Of a DNA stretch of 41,716 bases, positions 23,174 through 37,494 are shown one piece after another. Origin of the DNA: Octopus bimaculoides. Its lineage: Eukaryota. The stretch covers positions 48,240,867 to 48,282,582 of the forward strand of contig NC_068981.1 of assembly GCF_001194135.2 (NCBI RefSeq). Direction: 5' to 3'. The notes under the pieces are model-generated. The model did no database searches and had not been told where the DNA came from. It saw nothing but the letters and a program-made list of their open reading frames with translations. A program made the position numbers and the translations under genes. The first letter of the stretch is position 1. Each line of letters opens with the position of its first letter.

Positions 23174-25382
23174 ATGCATATGTGTGTATGTGCGTGTGTA
23201 TATTACTGATATGTTTTATGTAGTGTCATGCAATGTTTACATGTTATTTTTTCTAAATCAGACGTAATTGTAATACATATTTCCGGCCCCTTTCCTTTTA
23301 TAATTATTTGCAAGCTTACAATTGATTCATTTAAAACGCATAAAAATTAAATGATCAATTGAATCTATGAATAAACTCAGATATTGATCATAAATAGATC
23401 GCTTCAGAAACCGTTAATTAAAAATTAATAAGCTGTCCATCTTATAAAGGAGCCACTCATTCGGAAGGATTTTAATTCGTCTGTTTCCTCTGTAATTATT
23501 CTCCTTTCAAATGCGCGTCATTAAATCTAATTAATATTGAATTCTTTGAATAGAAATTCCAAAACTAATGGATAAGTCCAGATAATTTATACATATGTTA
23601 ATTTTGTATAAACTCTTCTGTCATGTTAAAGCAAATCTATGATATAACGGGCAATGCGTTTCATAACTTATGGATCATATCTTGTTACCCTCTATTTATT
23701 ATAAACACAATATTTCATCAATTGATTCGCATTAAATATATGTAGCACAAAGCCCTATCTAATGATGTAATAATGCTATACTCTTTGGATTTAAATACCA
23801 TTGGTACCTCTGATGAATGTGTCATTCTCCCGGCTGAGCTACATTTACATTTTTCTTTGTTACACAAATGTGTCAAATTTCTATTCTCAATAATCGATTT
23901 TTTTTCGATCATTATACCACACGTCTAACACAAATATGCTGCCTTATTGCAATTTTTCTTTCAATGATAATTCCTATTCAGCAATCCTTCAACAAGAGAA
24001 TAACAGAGTTACTTTATCCGGGTATAACTTTACATTCTTCAAACAACTTGCTATGTCATGTGGTATATCCTATTTTTAGCCACTCATCTCACTTTCTTAC
24101 CTTTTTACATTATTTTTTATTTAAGATAAAATTGTGAATGTACGAATAACTGTTTGATACTTATCCATTTGCACGATGTCCTAGTGTGACACACCCACAA
24201 AATCACCTGCCTGCTTCGTGTCTACATTTGTTGATCCAGCGGACACAGGGGTTTCATGTAACACAGTATGAATATTAAACAGATCACTGATGCACTCAAC
24301 AGTTTCAAAAACATGTATGTGCCTTTGATCAAATCCCAGGCTTGAAATACTTCCAATATATTGTTTTAAAATTATCTCTTAAATATTCTTCTACGTCGCA
24401 TATTGTCCATCCGAGTTTTTCGAATATTTTGTATATATTCTGAGCTATTAGGCAGTTTAGAAATTCGCTTTTAAGCATATTATAAAGAGTAATGACTTGA
24501 TAGCTTACCCTTTTTATGCGTTTTAACAAATATGAATGATATACAAATAACATAGTAGATTCCGCAATCTACGGTGAGATTGACACACAGTATATCAATG
24601 AAATCCAATTAATTTTAGCATATATAATAAAAGTTGAAATTTTTCGTTACTAATATTGATAATTTCGTGTTCACAAAAATCATAGGAGCATCTTTTAGGA
24701 AGCCAATCCATGTTACCAGAATCGCAAACTGTCTGCGCGAGAAACTGCACACACTATAACTGTCCACAATATTCTTCTGTAAAAGAACTGACTATTTATT
24801 CATGCCATCAAAATTAAAACTTCGTTTTGAGCATTGGTGAATAATGACTCGGATATGTCACACAGAGCGTCAGGATATATGAAAACAGGCTGCAAGCAGT
24901 GAAAAAATGGCTGGGCAAAGTTACATTCCATGTGACTTCTTTGCAATTATACTCCGTGTCCTGAGAAGATGGTCTGTTCTATCACAAGTTCAGGACGTTG
25001 ATGCATGAGGAACCTCGAAAATAAAAGGAGAAAATATCATGAAGGTCATTGCTACAAACGTGGAAAGGGGATTAAAAATGGATAAACAACACAACTTTGC
25101 AGTTACGTAACTTTTATTGTCTTTCTTTTCCTTTTCCGTCGTTATTCATTCTTCCTGTTTTTGAATCAGCCTTCTCGCATTCTATGGTAATTTTTTTCTG
25201 GTTGCTTCTCAAGTTCGAGCGTCCTGAATTTCAGATGGATGTGTGCTCAGAGCACGAGGAATACTTGGAGACAGAAGTTACGTTATGGAAACGTGTCTAA
25301 CAACGTTTCATCACAGCAATAAAGAGAAATAAAGAGATTAGTAGCTCGTAGCTTTATATGGTGCATTAAGTGATATATATAT

Positions 25383-26209
25383 NNNNNNNNNNNNNNNNNN
25401 NNNNNNNNNNNNNNNNNNNNNNNNNNNNNNNNNNNNNNNNNNNNNNNNNNNNNNNNNNNNNNNNNNNNNNNNNNNNNNNNNNNNNNNNNNNNNNNNNNNN
25501 NNNNNNNNNNNNNNNNNNNNNNNNNNNNNNNNNNNNNNNNNNNNNNNNNNNNNNNNNNNNNNNNNNNNNNNNNNNNNNNNNNNNNNNNNNNNNNNNNNNN
25601 NNNNNNNNNNNNNNNNNNNNNNNNNNNNNNNNNNNNNNNNNNNNNNNNNNNNNNNNNNNNNNNNNNNNNNNNNNNNNNNNNNNNNNNNNNNNNNNNNNNN
25701 NNNNNNNNNNNNNNNNNNNNNNNNNNNNNNNNNNNNNNNNNNNNNNNNNNNNNNNNNNNNNNNNNNNNNNNNNNNNNNNNNNNNNNNNNNNNNNNNNNNN
25801 NNNNNNNNNNNNNNNNNNNNNNNNNNNNNNNNNNNNNNNNNNNNNNNNNNNNNNNNNNNNNNNNNNNNNNNNNNNNNNNNNNNNNNNNNNNNNNNNNNNN
25901 NNNNNNNNNNNNNNNNNNNNNNNNNNNNNNNNNNNNNNNNNNNNNNNNNNNNNNNNNNNNNNNNNNNNNNNNNNNNNNNNNNNNNNNNNNNNNNNNNNNN
26001 NNNNNNNNNNNNNNNNNNNNNNNNNNNNNNNNNNNNNNNNNNNNNNNNNNNNNNNNNNNNNNNNNNNNNNNNNNNNNNNNNNNNNNNNNNNNNNNNNNNN
26101 NNNNNNNNNNNNNNNNNNNNNNNNNNNNNNNNNNNNNNNNNNNNNNNNNNNNNNNNNNNNNNNNNNNNNNNNNNNNNNNNNNNNNNNNNNNNNNNNNNNN
26201 NNNNNNNNN

Positions 26210-26210
<1 letters not shown>
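25383..26210. other. Assembly gap
   Basis: N-run flanked by (TA)n. Confidence 1.
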
Positions 26211-26253
<43 letters not shown>

Positions 26254-26635
26254 TATAGATATATATCCATATATATATCTCACGTTTTTCTGCGATCACT
26301 TGGACACCTAACGCATAGCACAGAGTGCAACCGTTCAGACAGATTTAATTTGATGGCCGATGGTTGATGAGCTAATATGAGGCACACACATGCGATTACT
26401 ATCGTTTTTGACGGAATATTCTATTGCATTATGTGGGCGCACGCATGCGCATGTGTGTTATATGCTGGTAAAAACGTTTATCTTGAAATACTTACCTTTG
26501 GAATTCGAAAACAAATATTTTTAAATACATGGCTGCTTTTTGTTTTAAAACAAAGGAAATTTGCATGATTGTTTCCTAAGATACGCATTATACGATATTG
26601 ACTTTCAGTATTATAAATACTTTAGAATCGAAATG

Positions 26636-26905
26636 TATCATCATCATCATCATCATCATCACCATCGTCATCATCGTCGTCGTCGTCGTCGCCATCGTCG
26701 ACGTTGTTGTCATCGTCGATGTTGTCATCGTCGTTGTCATCGTCGTCATCATCATCATCATCATCGGCATTATCCTCCTCCTCATCATCATCATCAGTAG
26801 CTGCAGCAGTAGCGGCATTGTGATGAGTATCACCATCATCCTCAGCAGCAACCACACACCAGCGAAAGCGGCAGCAACAATATCATTATCAGCGTCATCG
26901 CCACT
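26636..26905. repeat. Compound trinucleotide repeat (CAT/CGT/CCT/CAG)n
   Basis: ATCATCATC...CGTCGTCGT...CAGCAG; generates the poly-H, poly-D, poly-I and poly-M ORFs in several frames. Confidence 0.95.
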
Positions 26906-27268
26906 ATGAAACATTGCAAAAATTCTGTGGCGACGTCCTTGAGCCATTGTGAATTTATATTAAACATAGTATCTCGAATGCTTACGTGTCGCATTAAACA
27001 AAGACGTCAATTTCAGATGCAGAAGTGTGTTTTCTAGGTTATTAAAACATACTAATTAATAATTGACGTTCAGTTAACACCTGGCGGAACAAGAAAATAC
27101 AGCCATAATCCTTATAAGAAGCACAGACACGTTGTGTTCTATTTGTAATCTCAGCATTGTTAGTTCGCATATTGTAAATAGAACACTGCAACGGAAACCG
27201 TTAATATGCAACTGTCTATCTAACTATCAATCTAGCTATATAATTCCCCATTTATTTATCTATACAAC

Positions 27269-27306
<38 letters not shown>

Positions 27307-28213
27307 NNNNNNNNNNNNNNNNNNNNNNNNNNNNNNNNNNNNNNNNNNNNNNNNNNNNNNNNNNNNNNNNNNNNNNNNNNNNNNNNNNNNNNNNNNNNNN
27401 NNNNNNNNNNNNNNNNNNNNNNNNNNNNNNNNNNNNNNNNNNNNNNNNNNNNNNNNNNNNNNNNNNNNNNNNNNNNNNNNNNNNNNNNNNNNNNNNNNNN
27501 NNNNNNNNNNNNNNNNNNNNNNNNNNNNNNNNNNNNNNNNNNNNNNNNNNNNNNNNNNNNNNNNNNNNNNNNNNNNNNNNNNNNNNNNNNNNNNNNNNNN
27601 NNNNNNNNNNNNNNNNNNNNNNNNNNNNNNNNNNNNNNNNNNNNNNNNNNNNNNNNNNNNNNNNNNNNNNNNNNNNNNNNNNNNNNNNNNNNNNNNNNNN
27701 NNNNNNNNNNNNNNNNNNNNNNNNNNNNNNNNNNNNNNNNNNNNNNNNNNNNNNNNNNNNNNNNNNNNNNNNNNNNNNNNNNNNNNNNNNNNNNNNNNNN
27801 NNNNNNNNNNNNNNNNNNNNNNNNNNNNNNNNNNNNNNNNNNNNNNNNNNNNNNNNNNNNNNNNNNNNNNNNNNNNNNNNNNNNNNNNNNNNNNNNNNNN
27901 NNNNNNNNNNNNNNNNNNNNNNNNNNNNNNNNNNNNNNNNNNNNNNNNNNNNNNNNNNNNNNNNNNNNNNNNNNNNNNNNNNNNNNNNNNNNNNNNNNNN
28001 NNNNNNNNNNNNNNNNNNNNNNNNNNNNNNNNNNNNNNNNNNNNNNNNNNNNNNNNNNNNNNNNNNNNNNNNNNNNNNNNNNNNNNNNNNNNNNNNNNNN
28101 NNNNNNNNNNNNNNNNNNNNNNNNNNNNNNNNNNNNNNNNNNNNNNNNNNNNNNNNNNNNNNNNNNNNNNNNNNNNNNNNNNNNNNNNNNNNNNNNNNNN
28201 NNNNNNNNNNNNN
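27307..28213. other. Assembly gap
   Basis: N-run between (TA)n and (GA)n. Confidence 1.
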
Positions 28214-28266
<53 letters not shown>

Positions 28267-28272
28267 AATAGT

Positions 28273-28321
<49 letters not shown>

Positions 28322-28367
28322 AGAGAGAGAGAGAAAGAAAGAGAGAGAGAGAAAGAAAGAGAGAGAG
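28214..28367. repeat. (GA)n microsatellite
   Basis: Imperfect AG/GAAA run. Confidence 0.98.
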
Positions 28368-30399
28368 ATATTAAAAACACAAGTAGTTAATAAATGGTTA
28401 AGGGGAGGCAATTATGGATTTTTTAATTAATATTTCTAAGCTTAACTATGTATTTCTCAGGCAGTTATGATGATTTAATAAATATAATTTATGTGTTATA
28501 TAGTATGTATGTATTGATGTGCGGGCTATATCTGTATCTATGAATATGTAGCTACAATAGGAACATTTATATATCTATCTTAATTATGTTAATGGATGTA
28601 TACTTTTATTATATAATATATATTGCTATGTAAATAATAATCATTATAGTATATTGGGTCATATAATTTTTCAGTAAACGTAAAAGAGAGGTTGGAAACG
28701 GTGAATTGAAACGAGGTAAAACCTAAAAAAATGTTGCGTATATATGTGCATATGTATGTATACCGTACCCAAACATACACACGGGCACGTTTATTCTCAC
28801 ATATACCAATACTTGTACATCTATATGTATACATGAATGTATATGTACATATACACAAATAGCCATATAGATACAGATATATAGACATACATATGTACAC
28901 TTATCTATATGTTATTACAGAAAGGAAACTAAGGAGCTATATATACTGGAGTAAAAAGTGGTTGTATATGTTGTTATGTAAGAAGAGTGTTTATTTTTGT
29001 GGGGAAAGCGCTAATAGTAAAGTATTTGACTGGAGGGTGAGAGTGGTGTAACTGTCTCAAGTTAGTAAAATGATGAATTGTAATAATGGGGGGAGTAAAA
29101 TTAATTAATTAGTCATCTATGGTTAGGGGCAAAAATCTATGAATACTATCCTGGAAGAGAAGGGATAATTATTAAATAGTTTCAATTATATTTAGAGAAT
29201 ACAATTTTACAACCAAGAAGTTTTCTGTTCCTCCCTTAGGTTGATCAAGGGGATTCTAGGCATCACGATGAAACATTTTTCATTTATACAGAGAAGACAC
29301 ATTTTTTTTATTTCTTACGCTATAACAAGTTGCAGAAGCAAGTATATCCCAATCTAAATAGAAGCTGATATTTTGATCCTCAAGTTTCCAAATGAATTTA
29401 CTCAATTATGTTGAATTATATTTATTCTGTTTCGAAAGGTGTGTAATTGTGCGGATAAATGTTTCTTCATTTCATTTTGCGTGGAACCTATATAGATAAG
29501 CTTATGATAGCGTGTTATTACTGTACATTGGTATATTACACTTTATATTTTACATGCGTTTTTAAGCAGTTACTTTCATTTTTGCAATGACAGATTATAA
29601 ATGTTATTGTTATACTTATATTATAATGGGGTGAGTTATTTGCTACTAGATTACTATTTCTAGAGAAGTGGTTAATAGCATGGTCGCTATTTTATGTCGC
29701 AGGGTTATGAGAATTGTTAGTATTATTATTGGGTTTCAGGGACTTAGGATAGATGTTGTTAATATATTTTCTATTTAAATAAAATATATCTAGTTTCTTA
29801 TTATTTAAAGAGGCTATGATACTAGCTTAGAAATGGATTAAACTATAGCCTATCTTTATTGTTTTATTGTTAATAATCTCAGAATAACTATTTTTCACAT
29901 TAAAATGCTTATTAATAATTTTAAAAGTAGATTTAAATAAATTAGTTTTAATATGCGTAGCCAATGAGATTATCAACCAAATTTGATTTTTTGTATATTT
30001 TGTGTTGTTACTATCCATCTAAGGTACATACTGTATGTTCAGATGATTTGGGAATATAACATCTAATAACCTAAAGGCATGTCTTCTCTGCTCCCACCTT
30101 GAGATTTTGCGCAATACAATGATTTAATTACTGAATTTAATTCTTTGGGCAAATTCGAAACAGCTGTAAGAGACTATCGTGAAGTTTTGATTTAATAAAT
30201 TATATTAATGTCACATCTTGCTTTTCTGAATTTTAATTCAAATATTTATAATCCAACATTTCTAATTAAACCTATTGTTTTACGAATATTTCTATCCATG
30301 AAAAAAGTAATAATCAATGAACAAGTAGTTCATTGGATACTTTTATCCCTTAACGAATCTATTTTAACCTCTATTTGAATTAAATATATATTTGTGTCA

Positions 30400-30401
30400 C
30401 T

Positions 30402-30452
<51 letters not shown>

Positions 30453-30540
30453 GGGGGGGGGGTGTATGTGTGTGTGGGTGTGTGTATATGTATATGTATG
30501 CGCGCGCGCGCGTGTGTGTGTTATGTGTGTCTGTCTTTCC
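30400..30540. repeat. Compound (TA)/(GT)/poly-G/(GC) microsatellite
   Basis: Direct reading of the sequence. Confidence 0.93.
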
Positions 30541-32408
30541 GTATATGTGTATGAATGAAATGTCACACACGTCATGGAGGGAGGTGTAGTTTCTTGAATA
30601 CAATTTGAATAATGTTTGAAGTGAATTCTATTCCTATGACTCATAATAGCAAACTGCTGTTTTAAATAAATAGAGTTCCTCACATATTGTATAACCTTGT
30701 ACATACAACCACATATTTACACATTTATTCTCAAACATGCACACATATATATGTGTAGTTACCACAGCCTCTTCTCTCTTGACTGAAATCGATTGTAGCA
30801 CGGACAAGAGCAATAACATGTCGACATGTACTTTCGTTATTTTATAACTACCACAGTATTCTTCAACTCATTGATTGGTTACTCGCTTTTCTTATCTTTG
30901 TAACTAATGCATTCCAAATAACTAAAATGAATTTTGAAGCTTGAATATTTCTAAATTTTTTTTTATTCATACATTTCAGGTTTTTCAACCATTGTCGGTT
31001 TCAGAAAGTTAATTCACCCACAATTGAATCTCAATGAAAACTCAATGAATAGAATAGGGATGGCAAGATATCTGATTATGCATCTAGTGATATACTATTA
31101 ATATCTTTAACGTTTACCACTTTATAACGACCTTCTAAATGTTGATAAGAATGGTAAATATATGTAACTCACATGCAAAAACTAATCCCCTCTGTATTAA
31201 ATAAGTTGAAACAGAGAAAAGTTAAACACCCTATAAACGTTTGCAGATTTAGCAAATATTTAGATTGGACTTAGATATAATACGGTTTTTAATTGATTTT
31301 ATATTATAATAGTAACAATAATAATATATTCCATACAAAAGCATTACTTCTGTAACTAGATAACATGCATGTTTGCGTTATCGCAGTAGTTGCAAATTTT
31401 TATTAACATTTCATATAGCGGAAATAGGAATGAGCGTCGCAATGAAGTCTAAGAATTATATTTTACAACGACGAAAGAAATGTATGTCATGTTGCCTTGT
31501 TTGATCTATCTTGAAGATTTATCTAATACCAGCAGAAGTATCCAGTGTTGCTCGGGATTCAAATACTACTATGTTATTGATACCTCGTACATTTCCTATG
31601 TCATAGATAACGTTAACGCCAAATTGTAACAAGACTGATCGCTTATAATAATGAATCTATAACCAATTTAGTCGTAAATTGTAACAAAATTGGTCACCGG
31701 GCACCGCTGAATCCAAGCGGTAACAGTTTAATACGAAGTCTTGAGTAGGTTTTCAATGCGTTCTTAGATAGTGTAACAATCACGGGTGAAGTAGCCCTAA
31801 AAGGTTTTTTTTTGTCATTCTCACAGCAATAACAATTTGATAAAATCCCTGAAAAGGGCTGTAATGCGTTCTCATGTGGTGTATTGATCGTACGTAAAGT
31901 GGTTCGAAACGGGCCTTTTTTCGTTTACACCGAAAGCAACGGACTGTTGTTGTGTAAAGTGGAACTCTGTGAAAACAGATGACAAACCTAGGTTGGACAA
32001 AGGAGAAGAAACATGGTTGAGGTATATTAGTAACTTTGACTACAGTAGAACTCACCATATATCAGTTCCGGTGTAGTCGAGTCACCAAGGTTCGTAACTT
32101 TGAAAGAGGTTGGAGGATGAAGAGCCTACAACACCTTTCTGTAGACCACATTTTTAGTTTTGTCAATAGGCGAAACTACGAATTGATCTTGCGTGCTTCC
32201 AACTCCGGAACATCCGCCATATAACTGGCTTTGAGGGAAATATGGCTCACCCACCTTCTTTTAGCAGCCGTAACTGACTCTGTTTTACTACCAAGGCACG
32301 TTCTTTTATTAGGTGGTAAGGCAGTGTTATTGGACTATGTTAAAATTGCGAGTTTTAAAAAAACTAACAAAAGGGGACACTGAAACAAAAAAAAAAAAAA
32401 AGAAATTA

Positions 32409-32418
32409 NNNNNNNNNN
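32409..32418. other. 10-N assembly gap with duplicated flanks
   Basis: Poly-A followed by GAAATTA occurs on both sides. Confidence 1.
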
Positions 32419-32677
32419 AAAAAAAAAAAAAAAAAAGAAATTAGCACGATGTTTAGAAAGTGAACATACTAAACGTATTATTCAAAACAGGTGGAAGCAG
32501 GGACAGACAGTTCTCTATGTGGACACAAGGACACTGAATACAATATTTTTAACGACACATAAGCTAAAAACTGATTGGCAGCAACAGTTTCAACAACTTT
32601 CTGAAGACTGATTTGTTCACTAACACTCTGCCTCTGTTGGAATTGATATTATTGCCATTAAAATTCTTCACTCTTAC

Positions 32678-32715
32678 GACGGTGAGCTGGCTGAATCGCT
32701 AGAATGGCCGAGTTT
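32678..32715 (+). mobile_element. 5' head fragment of a tRNA-derived SINE
   Basis: GACGGTGAGCTGGCTGAATCGCTAGAATGGCCGAG is an A-box-containing head like the common octopus SINE start GGTGAGCTGGCAGAATCGTTAG (from memory). Confidence 0.55.
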
Positions 32716-33217
32716 CCGTAACATTTTTCAGAGTTGATACAATGTGAACCAGCAGAGTGCTGTTCTCGATGCAATACATTATATATCCCAATCAAATTGC
32801 TGGCACCAAGGGAAATTGTGTAAACATTATTCTCAATGTTGTTGATTGGACTAATATTGTAGTTGCAATTCTATTTCTTGCTGTTAATTATTCCCTATTG
32901 TGTATTCACCCTTCCAGGAGGATATTTTACCCCACTCTTTACTGTTCATATATGTGAATGCGCTGTGAATATGAATCTGTAACCTCTATATATGTGAGAA
33001 AAGCCGTCACTATAGTCTTCGTATTGACATTCTATCTTCTAGCTACTGCATTATGTTATACCTCGCGTACTTAAGTCTGCATCTCTATTAACGCTGTACC
33101 TAATTCAAATAAACATTTATCAAGTTTTTGCCAAAAACAATAACGGGGTGTCGATGAGATAATGACATTTCACTAAGAAATTGTGTAATCTATCAATTGA
33201 TTTACCGAAATAAAACT

Positions 33218-33340
33218 CTGTGTGTGTGTGTATGTGTGTGTGTGTATGTGTGTGTGTGTGTATGTGTGTGTGCGCGCGCGTGTGTGCGTGCGTGTGTGCG
33301 TGCGTGCGTGCGCCCGCGCGTATGCGAGTGTGCGTGCGTA
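33218..33340. repeat. (GT)/(GCGT) microsatellite
   Basis: Direct reading of the sequence. Confidence 0.95.
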
Positions 33341-34141
33341 TATCTGTGATAATGATTTTTATGGATATTCACGAATGGACACGTCCAACAAATCGAATTA
33401 AAACGGTACACATTCCACCTATAAAATAAACTGTGGTTATGATCGGGGCGGCAATTACTTGTCTTGAGCTAATTTATTTACCGAGAAATATTTTGGTCCA
33501 ACCTATGGAGTGAGCATTTCATCCTCTGACACAAAATCGGTAAAACATATACCTTCGTTTACTTGAAAATTTTCCCCAAAACAAAGATCATTGCAGACAT
33601 CCACCTTTATTTCCTTCTAAATGGGTATGTATCGCAGAATTATATACCCATTATATCATTTTCGATACCCAATGTCTGACATTCAGCGTGATCACAATAC
33701 AGTGTTGCTTAGATTATGATTCGTCTGCGAATCATTTCATACTCAAGCTGAAATTTTGTTTGAATAGTGGCAGTTGATTGTCTCCTAAATTGCGGTGAGT
33801 CTACACTATTGGTTGAGCCTTCAGTGAAATTATTCTTTCAGCTGCATGCCAAGCTTCTGCCAGCGATACCATCCATGTAGTAAAACCTGTGGCTTACTAT
33901 GAACATCACAAGCCTGCACGCCTCCTTCGTCTAAAACGCAGAAATAGAATGTAGATTATGATTGCAAGCCATTATTTGCTTACATTGAATACGTTCAAGA
34001 AGAAACATTCTTAAAAAAGACTTACGTCAATAACTTGTGCAAAATGTCTGATGTATGTCATTAAATAAAAACAAAAGTTATGCCTACTTTTGCAATACTT
34101 TTAAGGCAAACTTTGCTTTTGTAAGAATATATATATATATA

Positions 34142-34962
34142 NNNNNNNNNNNNNNNNNNNNNNNNNNNNNNNNNNNNNNNNNNNNNNNNNNNNNNNNNNN
34201 NNNNNNNNNNNNNNNNNNNNNNNNNNNNNNNNNNNNNNNNNNNNNNNNNNNNNNNNNNNNNNNNNNNNNNNNNNNNNNNNNNNNNNNNNNNNNNNNNNNN
34301 NNNNNNNNNNNNNNNNNNNNNNNNNNNNNNNNNNNNNNNNNNNNNNNNNNNNNNNNNNNNNNNNNNNNNNNNNNNNNNNNNNNNNNNNNNNNNNNNNNNN
34401 NNNNNNNNNNNNNNNNNNNNNNNNNNNNNNNNNNNNNNNNNNNNNNNNNNNNNNNNNNNNNNNNNNNNNNNNNNNNNNNNNNNNNNNNNNNNNNNNNNNN
34501 NNNNNNNNNNNNNNNNNNNNNNNNNNNNNNNNNNNNNNNNNNNNNNNNNNNNNNNNNNNNNNNNNNNNNNNNNNNNNNNNNNNNNNNNNNNNNNNNNNNN
34601 NNNNNNNNNNNNNNNNNNNNNNNNNNNNNNNNNNNNNNNNNNNNNNNNNNNNNNNNNNNNNNNNNNNNNNNNNNNNNNNNNNNNNNNNNNNNNNNNNNNN
34701 NNNNNNNNNNNNNNNNNNNNNNNNNNNNNNNNNNNNNNNNNNNNNNNNNNNNNNNNNNNNNNNNNNNNNNNNNNNNNNNNNNNNNNNNNNNNNNNNNNNN
34801 NNNNNNNNNNNNNNNNNNNNNNNNNNNNNNNNNNNNNNNNNNNNNNNNNNNNNNNNNNNNNNNNNNNNNNNNNNNNNNNNNNNNNNNNNNNNNNNNNNNN
34901 NNNNNNNNNNNNNNNNNNNNNNNNNNNNNNNNNNNNNNNNNNNNNNNNNNNNNNNNNNNNNN
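34142..34962. other. Assembly gap
   Basis: N-run flanked by (TA)n. Confidence 1.
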
Positions 34963-37494
34963 TATATATATATATATATATATGCGTATCAATGTAAGTG
35001 CTTATTCCAGTATGTGCAATTCACATACACTGTAAAGTAGTTACGTTAACGTTCATGTGTGCTTCAGCTAAAACTAACAATAAGAAAAACCACAAAAAGA
35101 CGAGGCCAATATTAAATAATACAAGAGGAACATCAGATACAGTAATGATGATGATGATGATGAGTTGAAAAAAAGGGAAAAAAGATGGAAAACTGTCAAC
35201 GCTGGGATGGTGAAGAAATTCGTTCGCCCCACGCTTATAAATGTCCCAGTCTCCTGCGCATAAAATAGCTTTTTACTATGAAGCTCAAATCCAAGCCTTC
35301 ACCGAACTAGCAGGAGAAGGGATTGAAAAGGTGAGTGCATAACGCCTTCAAATAAGAAGTGTTCCTGGCACGCTGAGCTCATCAGATAGCAATGAGATTA
35401 GTTGTAGGACAACCTTGGTTTCAATACCACAACATCAATGCCTTTTTATGCATTGGTTGCGAAACCTTGCCAGACATGTATCTCGATAAAACTACAAGAT
35501 GGTGATATCCTTAAATTGCACCTCATTAGTAGCTAACGATAACAATGTGAACAGAACTAGAAGATGTGATGATGGTTACAAACTCAACAGGTGGCCGATT
35601 GTGTGGCGGAGTGAGCCTGGTCATAATCCACTCACTGCGATACATGCCACGAGACACATGTTAAATAAACAAGTACACATGATGGTTATGTGTTTTTATT
35701 ATAAGGGTATTCTAATAGATGCAAATGGCCTGCGAGTTACAGGATACCGTCAACGAATGCGCAAACCACAGTGAAGCAAATAATGTCTCTAACAAATAAT
35801 CTGAAGGCTCCAAGAAGTTCAATGAGAACAGAATATTGACGGAAAAGGAAAGGAAATAAACAAACTTGGAGGAAAAGGAGAATGTCAGAAAATGTAAGCC
35901 CTCTGAACAGTGTAGTGCCAACACTTGAGTGGAAAAGAAAAGGAGATTTGAAGAATGATCGCACATTTTAAAAAGTGAAGAAGTATAATGTTTACACAAA
36001 TGGACTTAATATTATGCTTGAAGAGCTGAAGCAGTGCATACGCAAACACAGCCTCCCTGTATCTCTGTTCGAAAATTATGTGCAAAAATTGTTCTAACCT
36101 CTTCACTAATAACTTATGAGTCAGTACGCACGGAAGAGTAGCTAGCGGGGTGCCCTGATGGGCCGAATTGCTTACGATAGGTGGCTGAAGTAATTTGCCA
36201 CCGAGGTGTTTCTAAGCTTTGCAGCGATCCAGGCACTGAATACGTGTCCGAAATCGACCGATTTCAGGATGGCTTCGAATTAACAATGGTCAAATGTATT
36301 GTAGGTTATCAATGGATTTAGTCCCAGCCCTATCTATCATGACCTAGATAGATGTGTTCAGGGATTTCACACGATTGCGCTTCACCTACTAGACTAACGA
36401 TGAGAAGCGCTAACGTTTTCGCTAACTGTTTTGCTAAAATATTAAACCCTAGTTTAGCAGAGTTATGGGCGAAAACCTCCATAGCACATTCCAAATGTCG
36501 GCATGCTTTCTCAGTACAGTTACCAAAACACTAGAAATTCTCCCAACTAATAGCACAATAAATTCTCCAGTTCCGTTATCAGTTACGGCAGATGTCTGCA
36601 AAAGAATCATCCAACCAAACTTGAAATGAGCTTAGAAAATTCATAGTGCAGACATTTGAAACCGGAGTATATGTGGATTGTGCCCTTGCTTGTGCCATTT
36701 TGTATTTCATTGGCCGTTAACAGATTTACATTGAATCTCACGTCCACTCCCGAGAGTATCCGCAAGACGTCGAATTCTGAACGAAAGTCTTCAACCGTCG
36801 ATGATCCATCACTCTCCCACAAAGTCATGCGAAGTGTGTGCCGGAAAGCCGTACACTCATTGTTCGAAATGAGAAGCATGCACCCTTACCGTTCCAAAAA
36901 AAATATAATCATGATATTGTTGATTTTCGAGCACATCGGACGGTTTTAGTTTCTTAGTGTTTTAGTGCACAGACCTGAGTTCGGATAACGCTGCCTTGGT
37001 GATTTAGCTGGAAGAAAGCCAAGGGCATTTTGCACCGCTAGCAGGTCGGTCGAATTGCCTTTGCTACCTTGCTAAGTAGTTCTCTATCTAATCTATTTGT
37101 ATTGCTAGTTCTTTGCTAAATGCTATAGTGTCTACTCTATTACTCGTATTCAGTGTGATCCACTACCAGTTGTTGATGAAATTTCCCGCTTAACCAGTTC
37201 ACTAATCCGGTCTCAGTATTAATAACGTGCTTGCAAGACAAGTTCCAACTTCTAGTAACTGGGTGCTTCACTACTGATCCTATCGAAATCAGCTGAGTAG
37301 ATCACAAATGTGTGGTCCGTATAGTGGACCAATTTGAATTGTTGATAACCTACACTATCCACTTCCACTAACCTTATAAGTACTCCGTTGAGGTACTATG
37401 TCGATGACCTGTTGTGGTAGCTCCATTGTCACAAGTGCATATCAATAATTCAGTCTGCACTTGTCTACGCACCTGAATCATTTTTAGCAGGTTT

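Noticed and set aside
26561-26947. Poly-His, poly-Asp, poly-Ile and poly-Met ORFs in several frames
   Set aside because: Trinucleotide repeat lacking stop codons; no splice or domain evidence.
31820-31900. Strong plus-strand acceptor TTTTTTTTTGTCATTCTCACAG
   Set aside because: All three downstream frames hit stops within about 20 codons and there is no matching donor.
36545-36595. VTDNGT integrase-like motif on the minus strand
   Set aside because: Isolated six-residue match with no HHCC motif or correctly spaced D and E nearby.
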